Shown here: piece after piece, positions 39,501 through 48,194 of the stretch | Layout of the letters: each line of letters starts with the position of its first letter | Numbering within the stretch: the first letter of the stretch is position 1 | NCBI GenBank assembly: GCA_003141895.1 | Contig: PLNT01000036.1 | Location: forward strand, 53,195-117,194 | Direction: 5' to 3' | DNA from: Bacteroidales bacterium | GTDB lineage: Bacteria > Bacteroidota > Bacteroidia > Bacteroidales > VadinHA17 | Length of the DNA stretch: 64,000 nt | The notes under the pieces: model-generated | Told to the model about the DNA's origin: nothing | The model's input: the letters and a program-made list of their open reading frames with translations, nothing else | Database searches by the model: none | Made by a program: the position numbers and the translations under genes

Positions 39501-39594
39501 TCTCCAGGAAAGTGGCTGCAGCCATTGAAAATGCAAATACCACAAATAAAATTCCCATAAAAAGAGGGGAAAATAGAAATTTCATAAGCTTCAT
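36526..39594 (-). CDS. ccsBA: Fused cytochrome c biogenesis protein (ResB/CcsB plus CcsA), system II
   Basis: At 1022 aa it has N-terminal ResB-like TM and periplasmic regions. The C-terminal W-rich haem-handling motif is 'WGRYWGWDPKETW'. Confidence 0.8.
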   Translation of the reverse strand: MKLMKFLFSPLFMGILFVVFAFSMAAATFLENDLGSSAAYNMVYNAKWFELILLLLALNLVGQVITLKLLKKEKLSVALFHLSFILMLFGAGITRYFGWEGTIHIRNGQEQQQCFSTEKYIGYSVKNISGAIIGSHSQKYSMTSVSAENFKKTVKINGTDYKIILAKFIPNASEQITDSPQGVPIISLIVTNMMERETLILQRGETKTSNGLTFEFGSAQPADINISVESGKFFISSGLNLGMMSMMTQEVTTLEKGKPVELRPMQILTVNNVKIVPQQMSQTGVIKAIAVKPEEQTTGLNAFIFHLINGNKSATVYLWDRDEENGNIASASVEFEGNTFELSYGPKATTLPFVIKLNKFILERYPGSTSPSGYKSDVVIIDKAANVEKPFMIFMNNILKYKGYRFYQSSFDRDEQGTVLSVNRDMAGMLVTYTGYALLFFFILLSLLSKNTMFRTVTAGHWNSAIRKTVPAFLFILLLSGATNVNAQKLIPEKPVAMEFGKVLVQDQKGRTKPLFTLSNDILRKVTRENEFEGLTSMQVFLGIYLDFKNWKDVPMIRISSTDLQKSLGIRGKFAAFSDLVNLDNNGTYKISAEVNSAYSKAPSERNKVDKEIMKVDERVNIIYMIYKGDFMKLLPLRDSTHTWVTPQEAAVNANTEDSVFLKNVIPLLSDALQTNNIASARLLTETISTYQKKYSHYELPSDSKTNTELLYYRLGIFEKLFPFYATVGLVMLIGLITMVIRGRKSTSLFVQILSGLLFAGFLFHTIGIGMRWYIAGHSPMSNGYESMVFISWATLLAGFIFSRKSAFALSASAVLASMTLMVAHMSFMDPEITNLVPVLKSYWLTLHVSVIISSYGFLGVGAILGLITLILLALSKDKNRDRISDTIDELTVINFKTLTIGLYLLTIGTFLGAVWANESWGRYWGWDPKETWSLITIIIYSIVIHSRRIPGMKDIFTFNLLSLFAFSGVLMTYFGVNYYLSGMHSYASGEAATVPSFVYIVVILLAALSFVAYSKYKPSKK

Positions 39595-39638
39595 ACTGTA
39601 TTTTTTAAAATATGATTAATCTGACTTTTGATCCTTTT

Positions 39639-40382
39639 CTAACCTTTTTCGGATATCCTTATTAGTCTCTCCTTGTCAAGTATCTTGATTTTAGAGGAAT
39701 CTGAATAAATAACTGAAGAATCTTCAAGATCCTTAAGGATCCTTACAACACATTCCTTAGCCATATTCGTCATTTCTCCTAGTTCCTGGCGTGTAAGTAT
39801 CATTTCGTATTCGTCATTCTTAAACACTTCATCTGAAAAATAGAGTAAAGCATCGGCAAGTCTCCCAGGCATTTTCTTTTGTGACAGGTTGACCATTTGT
39901 CTGAGTGTCATGAGCGATTTATTACTTACGTCCTCAAGCAGACTTTCAGCAAATATTCCATTTGTTCTGACGAGCTGTCTGAATATATCAAAATCGATAA
40001 AGCATGCCTGAACTGCAGTGATGGCAGCGACTGTATAAGTGTAACGGAAATCGACATAGGCACCGGGGCCCAATATCAGCCGGCCAGGTTGCACGATGCT
40101 CATTATAAAATTTTTCCCGTTAAGTCCTTCGATATATGATTTTGCCATACCATAACCCAAAAATAGCGCGTTGGAAGCCGGAGATCCCTGCTTAATAATT
40201 GTCTCACCAGGCTTAAATGTTGCCTCGTATCTGTTTTCATTTACAAGGTTCTGTTCCTCTTTAGTCAGAAGCTTAAAACTCTTCCAACCGTATGTACAGT
40301 CTTCAATACCAATCTTTTGATTTACAGCTGACATTTTAGAGAAATTTAAGGTTTTAAAAATAGGTTTTAAATACCACCTCAA
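39639..40382 (-). CDS. Crp/Fnr-family transcriptional regulator
   Basis: It has a cNMP-binding-like core and a C-terminal HTH 'TRQELGEMTNMAKECVVRILKDL'. The likely start is the internal 'MSAVNQK' at 40334. Confidence 0.8.
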   Translation of the reverse strand: MRWYLKPIFKTLNFSKMSAVNQKIGIEDCTYGWKSFKLLTKEEQNLVNENRYEATFKPGETIIKQGSPASNALFLGYGMAKSYIEGLNGKNFIMSIVQPGRLILGPGAYVDFRYTYTVAAITAVQACFIDFDIFRQLVRTNGIFAESLLEDVSNKSLMTLRQMVNLSQKKMPGRLADALLYFSDEVFKNDEYEMILTRQELGEMTNMAKECVVRILKDLEDSSVIYSDSSKIKILDKERLIRISEKG

Positions 40383-40547
40383 TTTGCAAAAATAATAAAT
40401 ATCACTCTATTAATTGATATTTGTCATCGAGATACACTATATCTATCAATAATATAAAACATAAATAGCATAGTAACTGTTAACAGAATAACACACCAAT
40501 TTTTATAACTTGCCCTCCGATAACCTAATAAAAAAAATAAACAAAAT

Positions 40548-41837
40548 ATGAAAAACGTGATCAGACTGTTCGCAGTGATTTTTACCACGGGATTCCTCTT
40601 TTCAGCATGTGAAGGTCCGGCAGGCCCTGCAGGGAAAGATGCAAACGAGAGTTGTACTCAATGCCATAATTCCGCCGGAGTTGATTCAGTAAGTACACAA
40701 TTTGAATTATCAAAGCACTCTTATGGAACCGTAGCTTTTGATGAATCAGGAAATACAGGTTGTTCTCCCTGTCACACCTCTGAGGGATTTAAAAATGTAG
40801 TTGAAAATAATGTCTCCTCAACTTTCGCAATTGTGCCTCCCGCTACTACCTATACAAACCTCTATGCTGCATCACCCGATAAAGATTACGGAACAATGCG
40901 TTGCAGCATGTGCCATTTTAAACTGCACACTACATATACTCATGATGATTTTATGCCGCTGACATCAACCGCAGCCGTCCCAATGACTTTTACTGGTGGC
41001 ATAACGACAATTGATCTTACCCAGGATAACAGTAAAAGCAATTTATGCGTTAAATGTCACCAACCTCGTCCATTTACAAATTCAAATACAGATAAAAACG
41101 TCCTGGATTACGCCGGACTTGTAAGTAATCCTACTGCAATTTTCTACAGTGCAGCTCAGGCAAATAATCTGAATGTTCTGAAACCAGGTTACAGAACTCA
41201 TACACATTATGGTACTGTTGGTGCAATAGTCGCTGGTAAAGGTGGTGTGGAATTTGGAACAGGGTACACCAATTCACAACACACTACAGTAGCTTCCTGT
41301 CAGGATTGCCATATGGCACCAATGACAGGAAAAGCAGGTGGTCACACATTTTCAGCGCAGGGAAACTTTAATGGTTGTAACGTTGCCGGTTGCCATGCCG
41401 CAGATCCCATATCCGCATCAACAACATCAAACCACTGGCTTGCTACAAGAAATGAAATTAAAGGTTATCTCGACGCCCTTTCTGCAAAATTAACTGAAGG
41501 CGGAGTAGATATTCTGAACAGGAATTCTGATGCAACAAGTAATTTATGGTCCGGACTTACTACGAAAAACTATGATGGATATTTGAATATGTATGACCCG
41601 ATCAATAATCCGACAGGTAGTGTTGACAATGCAACTATGTTCCAGGCTACCAGCACTTCAGGGTTCACTGTCGCACAGGTCACATATAACAGTACATTGC
41701 CAAAGCTTACCCTGACAAATGCACAAATGGGAGCCATTATCAATTTCCAGCTCTGTCTCAGAGAATTCAGTCTGGGAATTCACAATTATGCATATACCAA
41801 AGCTTTATTAACTAACTCTATAGCAGCACTTCCTTAA
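40548..41837 (+). CDS. Multihaem c-type cytochrome lipoprotein (5 CxxCH plus one CxxxxCH)
   Basis: The lipobox is 'LFSAC'. Haem motifs are CTQCH, CSPCH, CSMCH, CVKCH, CQDCH and 'CNVAGCH'. Confidence 0.8.
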   Translation: MKNVIRLFAVIFTTGFLFSACEGPAGPAGKDANESCTQCHNSAGVDSVSTQFELSKHSYGTVAFDESGNTGCSPCHTSEGFKNVVENNVSSTFAIVPPATTYTNLYAASPDKDYGTMRCSMCHFKLHTTYTHDDFMPLTSTAAVPMTFTGGITTIDLTQDNSKSNLCVKCHQPRPFTNSNTDKNVLDYAGLVSNPTAIFYSAAQANNLNVLKPGYRTHTHYGTVGAIVAGKGGVEFGTGYTNSQHTTVASCQDCHMAPMTGKAGGHTFSAQGNFNGCNVAGCHAADPISASTTSNHWLATRNEIKGYLDALSAKLTEGGVDILNRNSDATSNLWSGLTTKNYDGYLNMYDPINNPTGSVDNATMFQATSTSGFTVAQVTYNSTLPKLTLTNAQMGAIINFQLCLREFSLGIHNYAYTKALLTNSIAALP

Positions 41838-41868
41838 AGCTTTGCAGAGATATTAAAATTGTTTTTCA

Positions 41869-41907
41869 AAATCCCCTCGGGTATCAGCCTGGGGGGATTT
41901 ATTTTTA
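41869..41907 (+). terminator. Rho-independent terminator of the multihaem cytochrome gene
   Basis: The stem 'aaatcccc ... ggggattt' is followed by 'atttttaa'. Confidence 0.6.
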
Positions 41908-41989
41908 ATATTTGGAGAACCCTCTCTGATGCTGCTAATGACAACTCTAAAATAATTAATTGGGACAGGTATAAATAGTCGTGGATCCC

Positions 41990-42255
41990 AGGCACAGACT
42001 AAGCCCACGGAGATTCCTCACTTCGTTCGGAATGACTCGTCGTATGTGGTTTAGATGGTGAGTAATGAGGATAGAATCGCGCGCGCGATTCTATCCTCAT
42101 TACTCTTTTTAATTCCCAACTTCAAGATGTCATCCTGAGCGAAGGATCTCCCGATGCCTATACCGTACACCCTTATGCAATTTCTTTATTAGAGTTGCAG
42201 AATGATGTCATCAGCAACGAAGTGAGGGATCTCCACGTGGCCAGAATAAGGCCTC
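41990..42255. repeat. Composite MITE-like intergenic element with inverted ~45 nt ends
   Basis: The reverse complement of 42009-42036 ('gtcattccgaacgaagtgaggaatctcc') closely matches 42207-42234 ('gtcatcagcaacgaagtgagggatctcc'). A third related copy lies at 42129-42152 ('gtcatcctgagcgaaggatctcc'). Confidence 0.5.
42060..42105. repeat. Perfect 46 nt palindrome followed by T5
   Basis: 'gagtaatgaggatagaatcgcgc|gcgcgattctatcctcattactc' is followed by 'ttttt'. Confidence 0.9.
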
Positions 42256-42335
42256 ATCAGGAAAAATGATTCTATGTAATTAAAAAAAGGCCGAACCACC
42301 AGTCCAGCCCTTTCCGAAAAAATTCATTCTAATCT

Positions 42336-42728
42336 TTACTTCTTGAGTGTTCTCAGGTAATTAACCAAATTCCAGAGCTCATCATCTGCCATTTTACCGT
42401 CGTACTTAGGCATATCATCTCTTCCGGTTTTGGTTTTGTAAAAAATTTCGCCATCAGCAAGATTCTGGAATACCGGTTTGGCAAAATCTCCGGGATTAGT
42501 CTTAATAGATCTTGCTTTTACACCGTCGCCTGCTCCGGTTTTTCCATGACATGAAGCGCAGTTCTTTGTGTAAAGAGTCATTCCGGCTTTTGTACTGGCA
42601 TCACTCTTTGCGACAGGATTTTTCATTGCTTTGAAGTTATCCGGAACAACCCATGGTTTAGGTTGAGCAGCTAATGCAGCACTCAGGACAAATGCAGCAA
42701 CCAGGAAAAAAAGCTTCTTTGTTCTCAT
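42336..42728 (-). CDS. Monohaem class I cytochrome c (tandem copy 2)
   Basis: It has a signal peptide and the haem motif 'CASCHG'. It is highly similar to the adjacent 131 aa ORF. Confidence 0.85.
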   Translation of the reverse strand: MRTKKLFFLVAAFVLSAALAAQPKPWVVPDNFKAMKNPVAKSDASTKAGMTLYTKNCASCHGKTGAGDGVKARSIKTNPGDFAKPVFQNLADGEIFYKTKTGRDDMPKYDGKMADDELWNLVNYLRTLKK

Positions 42729-42786
42729 AATTAATAATTTTTAATTTATTGTTGATCCTTCAATAATCGTGCTAAACGACAGAGGT

Positions 42787-43182
42787 CTATTTTTTAAATG
42801 TTCTCATGTAAACAACCGTATTCCATATATCCTCGTCAGTCAACTTGCCATCATATTTTGGCATTTCTGCTCTTCCGGATTTTGTCTTGTAAAAAAGTTC
42901 CCCATCACTTTGCGTCTGAAATTCAGTTTTTGAAAAATCACCGGGAAAATCTTTCAGTGATCTTGCTTTCACGCCATCGCCCAAACCGGCTTTTCCATGA
43001 CAAGATGCACAGTTTTTGGTGTACAATGTCTGTCCAGCCTTCTTGCTGGCGTCACTAACCGCAACCGGGTTTTTCATTGTTTTAAAACTATCAGGAACAA
43101 CCCAGGGTTTAGGTTGAGCCAGCAATGTAAGGCTCATAAGCATAGCAGCTGAACCGGCTAATATCAATTTGCGACTTTTCAT
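42787..43182 (-). CDS. Monohaem class I cytochrome c (tandem copy 1)
   Basis: It has a signal peptide, 'CASCHG' and 'AQPKPWVVPD', which is shared with copy 2. Confidence 0.85.
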   Translation of the reverse strand: MKSRKLILAGSAAMLMSLTLLAQPKPWVVPDSFKTMKNPVAVSDASKKAGQTLYTKNCASCHGKAGLGDGVKARSLKDFPGDFSKTEFQTQSDGELFYKTKSGRAEMPKYDGKLTDEDIWNTVVYMRTFKK

Positions 43183-43233
43183 AGTTCTGTATATTAGTTT
43201 AACAATAGATGCAAATATTCAAACATATCTAAA

Positions 43234-43851
43234 TTACTCCTCATCGGAAACATGATAACCAGTTATAATCCCTCTGAAAAGTGAGGTTGGTTTATGACCA
43301 AGTGTACAAATGTAAATATGAATTATCATAAATATTGAAAGCAGGAAACCCATAGAGATGTGTAGTATGTCAGTTAATATTAAACCGCTGACCCCGAAAA
43401 ATGTTTTAATAGTAATTTCAGGTAACAATAAACCAATACCGGAAATTATCAGCAAAGGCAGGGCCAGATACAAAGCCAGAACATATGTTATTTTTTGCAA
43501 AGGATTAAATTTTCTTTCCTCTGTTACCGGGAACGGATGTTTTTCGCCTTTGAACATCCCGCTTGAATAATACTTAAACTGGATGACAAGGTTTGAGAAA
43601 AAATGTTTCTCCCCGATGCGGTAATATTTGCCATTATTTGTCAGCAGATTTCCTGTAACAAAGAAAATGTAATTAAGAACAAGAATAAAAGCAGCAAAAT
43701 TATGCCATTTAACAGCTTTGGCAAATCCAATTACATAGGCGGCATTTGTTTTATCGGTGTATTGCATACTTAACCCGGTAATAATAAGAATTATAAACAT
43801 AATGGCATTTACCAGATGCCAGAGCCTTATCCATTTTGGGTAGAGATACAT
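43234..43851 (-). CDS. Membrane di-haem cytochrome b-like subunit (FdnI/PhsC/HydC-like)
   Basis: It has 4-5 predicted TM helices with conserved His ('RLWHLVNAIMF', 'KWHNFAAF', 'DILHISMG', 'IIHIY'). It follows a multihaem cytochrome gene. Confidence 0.55.
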   Translation of the reverse strand: MYLYPKWIRLWHLVNAIMFIILIITGLSMQYTDKTNAAYVIGFAKAVKWHNFAAFILVLNYIFFVTGNLLTNNGKYYRIGEKHFFSNLVIQFKYYSSGMFKGEKHPFPVTEERKFNPLQKITYVLALYLALPLLIISGIGLLLPEITIKTFFGVSGLILTDILHISMGFLLSIFMIIHIYICTLGHKPTSLFRGIITGYHVSDEE

Positions 43852-43859
43852 ATTCTTCT

Positions 43860-44858
43860 TTATTTTTTGTGTTTATTTCTTATTCTGAACGTGATATGGA
43901 CAGCTATTATTCCAATTACAATAACAAAGATAATCAAACTTAACATGTTAAGATATTCATTACGGTTTGCTCCGATAACATAAGAAGCATTCAGAATTAT
44001 TCCGTTGAAAAATCCATCACGTCGTTGTTCTTTGGATTCAAATTTGTAAAGTGAGGCCATGAGTATTGAGTTTTTCGAATGACATTCATTGCAACGCCTA
44101 ACGGCTTCATCCTTAGGCAGAATCAAATGTGATACAGGTATATCATTATTGATTTTTGTATGACATTCGATACATCTCACATTTGCAAAATGTGAAGCCT
44201 GCTTTGGAAGCCAGTCATGTTTTTGAATAATATTCATCTCTGCCTTGTCACTTACAAGCTGAAACCTGCTATAATCCGAGTGACAATTCAGACAAATCGC
44301 ATTATCATATTCGATTGTAGTTTTAAGATTTGTGCTGTTTCTAACCGTTATTTTGTAGGTATGAGGATTATGACATTTCCAGCACGAGAATCCCTGATCC
44401 TCCATCTTGAAGTGAGTACTTTTCTGGTATTCAGCTTCAATTTCTTCAAAATGGTATTTCGCAAACTTCACATCACCGCCATGACAATCAATACAATTAT
44501 ACTTTTGTTCCATCCTGAGTTCACCCGAATGCGGAAACTTTGCATATTCATCGGAATGGCAGTCGGTACAACTGAAGCTCCTGTGATTTGATGTGTAAAA
44601 ATCATTTTTATGTATGATCCTGTCAGAACACATATTGCCTCTGACCTGCTTTCCCAAGGATTCATTGATGTATTCATATCTCTCCTGCCCATGGCATTTA
44701 AAGCAGCGGTTATTAAGCGAATCAAATTTAGAAACGAATAAAGTAGTGTCCTGAACTTTATAGTTTTCTCCTTTGATCCATGTACTTCCTGATGAAGAAA
44801 GATGAAACAAATTAAAGATAACTGACAGGATGAATAACCTGAATAAAAATAATTTCAT
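43860..44858 (-). CDS. Heptahaem c-type cytochrome with a C-terminal TM anchor
   Basis: Seven CxxCH motifs are present: CFKCH, CTDCH, CIDCH, CWKCH, CLNCH, CIECH and CNECH. The C-terminal helix is 'MLSLIIFVIVIGIIAVHITF'. Confidence 0.8.
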   Translation of the reverse strand: MKLFLFRLFILSVIFNLFHLSSSGSTWIKGENYKVQDTTLFVSKFDSLNNRCFKCHGQERYEYINESLGKQVRGNMCSDRIIHKNDFYTSNHRSFSCTDCHSDEYAKFPHSGELRMEQKYNCIDCHGGDVKFAKYHFEEIEAEYQKSTHFKMEDQGFSCWKCHNPHTYKITVRNSTNLKTTIEYDNAICLNCHSDYSRFQLVSDKAEMNIIQKHDWLPKQASHFANVRCIECHTKINNDIPVSHLILPKDEAVRRCNECHSKNSILMASLYKFESKEQRRDGFFNGIILNASYVIGANRNEYLNMLSLIIFVIVIGIIAVHITFRIRNKHKK

Positions 44859-44877
44859 ATCTGATTACCAAACCGAA

Positions 44878-45744
44878 TTAGAATCTTATTGTAATATTGA
44901 AACCTATAAGATATTCACCTTTTTTGAAATCATTTGTATTAAAGACAAGATTTCTTTGGTTAATAATCTGATTATAATTTGTTGCAAAGATCTGGAAAGT
45001 ATGTGTTGCAGTGCCTATTTCCCATCCCAGAGAGAGATTTGGTTTAGGCTGCACATCTATATTTTGTTTTGTAAGTAACTGATCATATTCTAATATAAGT
45101 GATTGGTTTCCGAATACATTTATTCGTGCCCCGGCAGATAACCCTAAATTGAGATTCTTATAACCTGTACTATCAGAGGTTTGAGGAACAGAATTATAAT
45201 ATGTAAGTGAAGGTGCTACCTGAAGGGAAATCTTATCAGTAAGTTTCCTGGCAATAATGATTTGAGTGAAATAAGACAGCCTGTGAATGCTCCTGTAAGA
45301 TGCTGCTGGTCCGAACGCATCTTTCGACCTTGCGTCAATAACAAAATTCCCATAATACGCAACAGATACCGGCATACTATTATTCTCGTTTTGCTGAAGA
45401 ATCTGATATTTCCACTGAATATCCTGAAGCTGATAGTCTTTTGTCGTACCAACACCTATCATCAATCGGTCGGTGATACCATAATTCAAACCTATCCTTG
45501 TGTTGGCCGAGCCATAAATTCCGAACAGGTCATGATAGTTTTTGATCAGAGAAAATCTGTGATGTATTTCCATTTCAAGCTGACCTTTAAATGGTGTTGC
45601 GATCGTCTGATTTTCTATAAGGATCCCCGTTCCGAAAGTAAATCTTACCGGTTTCGATTTTTCATTAGTCTGAGTTGTATCTTGCTGGGCAAATAGTGAA
45701 GTAATGTACAAGGATAGACTTAAAACGATTAAGAACTTTTTCAT
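44878..45744 (-). CDS. Predicted outer-membrane beta-barrel protein
   Basis: It has the signal peptide 'MKKFLIVLSLSLYITSLFAQ', alternating hydrophobic beta-strand patterning and a C-terminal 'ITIRF' (terminal Phe). Confidence 0.55.
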   Translation of the reverse strand: MKKFLIVLSLSLYITSLFAQQDTTQTNEKSKPVRFTFGTGILIENQTIATPFKGQLEMEIHHRFSLIKNYHDLFGIYGSANTRIGLNYGITDRLMIGVGTTKDYQLQDIQWKYQILQQNENNSMPVSVAYYGNFVIDARSKDAFGPAASYRSIHRLSYFTQIIIARKLTDKISLQVAPSLTYYNSVPQTSDSTGYKNLNLGLSAGARINVFGNQSLILEYDQLLTKQNIDVQPKPNLSLGWEIGTATHTFQIFATNYNQIINQRNLVFNTNDFKKGEYLIGFNITIRF

Positions 45745-45780
45745 AATTCAGGTTTTATCAGATTACAATTTGATTATTTA

Positions 45781-46185
45781 TCAGTTGTTTTTGGCGCCCT
45801 GGGTTATCCAATAGAGAATTTCAAGTTTGTCTGCATCAGTTGTTCTGGGAATATGATCCCCGGTTGTTATTCTGATATAGAGCCTGCTTGTGGAAGCCGG
45901 CGAATTCACAAATCCTCCTTTTGTAAGTGAAAGATACGATTTGCCTGATCTCAGATCGGGTAATCTTATACCATTATGACATGTGATACAGTTGGCTGTG
46001 AAGATAGGCTGGATATCAGTCTGAAAATGCCAGGTCGTTGAAGGATCAACAGCCGCAGGAGCATATGAATTTTTCTCGCATGACGAGAATCCTCCAATCG
46101 CTGCAACCAGAACCAGAGCGCCGAAAATCATCCTGATCCTTTTCAATTTTAGATTCATATTTTTAGGTATTGTTAAAGTATTCAC
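45781..46185 (-). CDS. Small haem-binding (CxxCH) lipoprotein
   Basis: It has the lipobox 'GGFSSC' and a single 'CITCHNG'. Confidence 0.6.
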   Translation of the reverse strand: MNTLTIPKNMNLKLKRIRMIFGALVLVAAIGGFSSCEKNSYAPAAVDPSTTWHFQTDIQPIFTANCITCHNGIRLPDLRSGKSYLSLTKGGFVNSPASTSRLYIRITTGDHIPRTTDADKLEILYWITQGAKNN

Positions 46186-46388
46186 AAAGATATCTGATTA
46201 TAGTTATCATGAGTTTTTTATCTGTCACAAAATTAGTGATTTGGCATGCTCTTTATCACGTAAGAAATTGATTTTTATCATTCACGATAATGATATATAT
46301 TTTGACGAAACCAAAGAAAAAAATGATAATATACAACAACAAAAAAGGCTTCCGGGAAAGCCTCTTTTTATCTTTAATTAAATGCAGA

Positions 46389-48167
46389 TCAGAACTTGTA
46401 TGCGTTATCTTCAATAAGCCTATCTGCTATACGTCGTCTTGCATCTTTCACATTTACACATTCTACCTTAGAAAGTATTTCAATTGCTTTAATCAGTCCC
46501 TGACAGGTTTCAGGAGTTGAGAATGAACCTATTGCTTCAAGAGCAGATTTTCTAATTATGCTGGCAGTATCAAAAACATTAACATCGAGCATATCCTTAT
46601 AGACTGTCCTGTTTCCATTCACTCCAGACATTTTTTCCACTCTTAATGCAAGTGATTCGGATACATATGTTTCCATCATCATCTCAGCAATGTTATTCAA
46701 TACTTCCTGTTCATTGATAAGACCTTTCCCGAAAAATTTTGACGCACCATGAATACAAATAAGAATGGCTTTTTTAAAGTTCTTAATATATCTACTTTTC
46801 TGTTCAAAAAATGTTTCTCCTTCTTTTGCATCAGATTTTATATTATCCAAACCGGAGTATAGTTTTTCAGCTTCGCCAAAAAGATCGAAATCACCTTTCA
46901 TTGCACGTTTCATTGCAGTGTCAACAACCAAGAGACGGTTTATTTCATTTGTACCTTCAAAGATCCTGTTTATCCTTGAATCGCGATAGCCTCTTTCTAC
47001 TGCCATCTCAGCTGAATAACCCATTCCACCATGAATCTGGACTGCCTCATCAGCAACAAAGTCAAGCATTTCAGAGCCAACAACTTTCAGTATTGCTGCT
47101 TCAACCGCATAATGACTGATAGCCTCTATCGTTGCCCTGCCATAATCACCGCAATCTGCAATTAGTGTCTTCAAATACATATCGATATCATAGCTTACTC
47201 TGTATACGGCTGACTCTGAGGCAAATAAACGAATGACCTGCTCAGCAAGCTTGTGTTTTAATGCTCCGAATGAAGAGATGAGAACACCAAACTGTTTCCT
47301 TTCATTGGCATATTTAACTGAATCATTGACAGCTTTTTTAGCAGCTCCTATTACGTTGGCTCCAAGCTTAAGACGTCCCATATGCAAAATACTGAGTGCG
47401 ATCCTGAAACCTTCCCCTCTTTTACCAAGCAGATTCTCAACCGGAACTTTAACATCAGTAAAATATATCTGGGCTGTTGATGATCCTTTAATCCCCATCT
47501 TGTGCTCATCCGGACCTATCACTACTCCGGGATATTTGCTTTCAACAATAAATGCACTTAATACCCTGTCGGTATCAATTTTTGCAAATACTACAAGTGT
47601 GTCCGCAAATCCGGCATTCGTGATCCACATCTTCTGGCCGTTAAGGATATAGTGTTTCCCATCCTCGCTTAATTTCGCATTTGTTTTACCTGAGTTTGCA
47701 TCACTTCCAGCTCCCGGCTCAGTAAGACAATAAGCACCGATCAATTCACCTGAAGCCAGTTTTGTAACATATTTCTCTCTCTGTTCCTTTGTTCCATAAT
47801 ACATTATCGGTAAAGTTCCTATACCGCAATGTGCCATGTATGCAACTGAGAATGAATATCCTGCCCCGGTTGTTTCCGCTACAAGCATCTGTGTTACAAA
47901 TGATTGTCCGAATCCGCCAAACTCTTCAGGGATTGAGATACCCATTAATCCCAGTTCCCCGGATTTTTTAAGCATGCTCTTCATCAGTTCACGGTCGCTT
48001 TTCTCAACTTTTTCGAGATTGGGATAAACTTCTGCTTCGAGGAAATCTTTGCAGGTCTGAGCAATCATTCTCTGCTCTTCATTGAATTCTTCAGGAATAA
48101 AAACATCTTTCGATTCAACATCGTTTACCAGAAATTCACCGCTTTTCAGGAGTTTAATATTTTCCAT
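46389..48167 (-). CDS. Long-form acyl-CoA dehydrogenase
   Basis: It contains 'CLTEPGAGSDA', 'WITNAGFAD' and 'VQIHGGMGYS'. The C-terminal extension is typical of ~590 aa ACADs. Confidence 0.9.
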   Translation of the reverse strand: MENIKLLKSGEFLVNDVESKDVFIPEEFNEEQRMIAQTCKDFLEAEVYPNLEKVEKSDRELMKSMLKKSGELGLMGISIPEEFGGFGQSFVTQMLVAETTGAGYSFSVAYMAHCGIGTLPIMYYGTKEQREKYVTKLASGELIGAYCLTEPGAGSDANSGKTNAKLSEDGKHYILNGQKMWITNAGFADTLVVFAKIDTDRVLSAFIVESKYPGVVIGPDEHKMGIKGSSTAQIYFTDVKVPVENLLGKRGEGFRIALSILHMGRLKLGANVIGAAKKAVNDSVKYANERKQFGVLISSFGALKHKLAEQVIRLFASESAVYRVSYDIDMYLKTLIADCGDYGRATIEAISHYAVEAAILKVVGSEMLDFVADEAVQIHGGMGYSAEMAVERGYRDSRINRIFEGTNEINRLLVVDTAMKRAMKGDFDLFGEAEKLYSGLDNIKSDAKEGETFFEQKSRYIKNFKKAILICIHGASKFFGKGLINEQEVLNNIAEMMMETYVSESLALRVEKMSGVNGNRTVYKDMLDVNVFDTASIIRKSALEAIGSFSTPETCQGLIKAIEILSKVECVNVKDARRRIADRLIEDNAYKF

Positions 48168-48194
48168 TTTTTTCAGATAATTATTTGAACTTTC

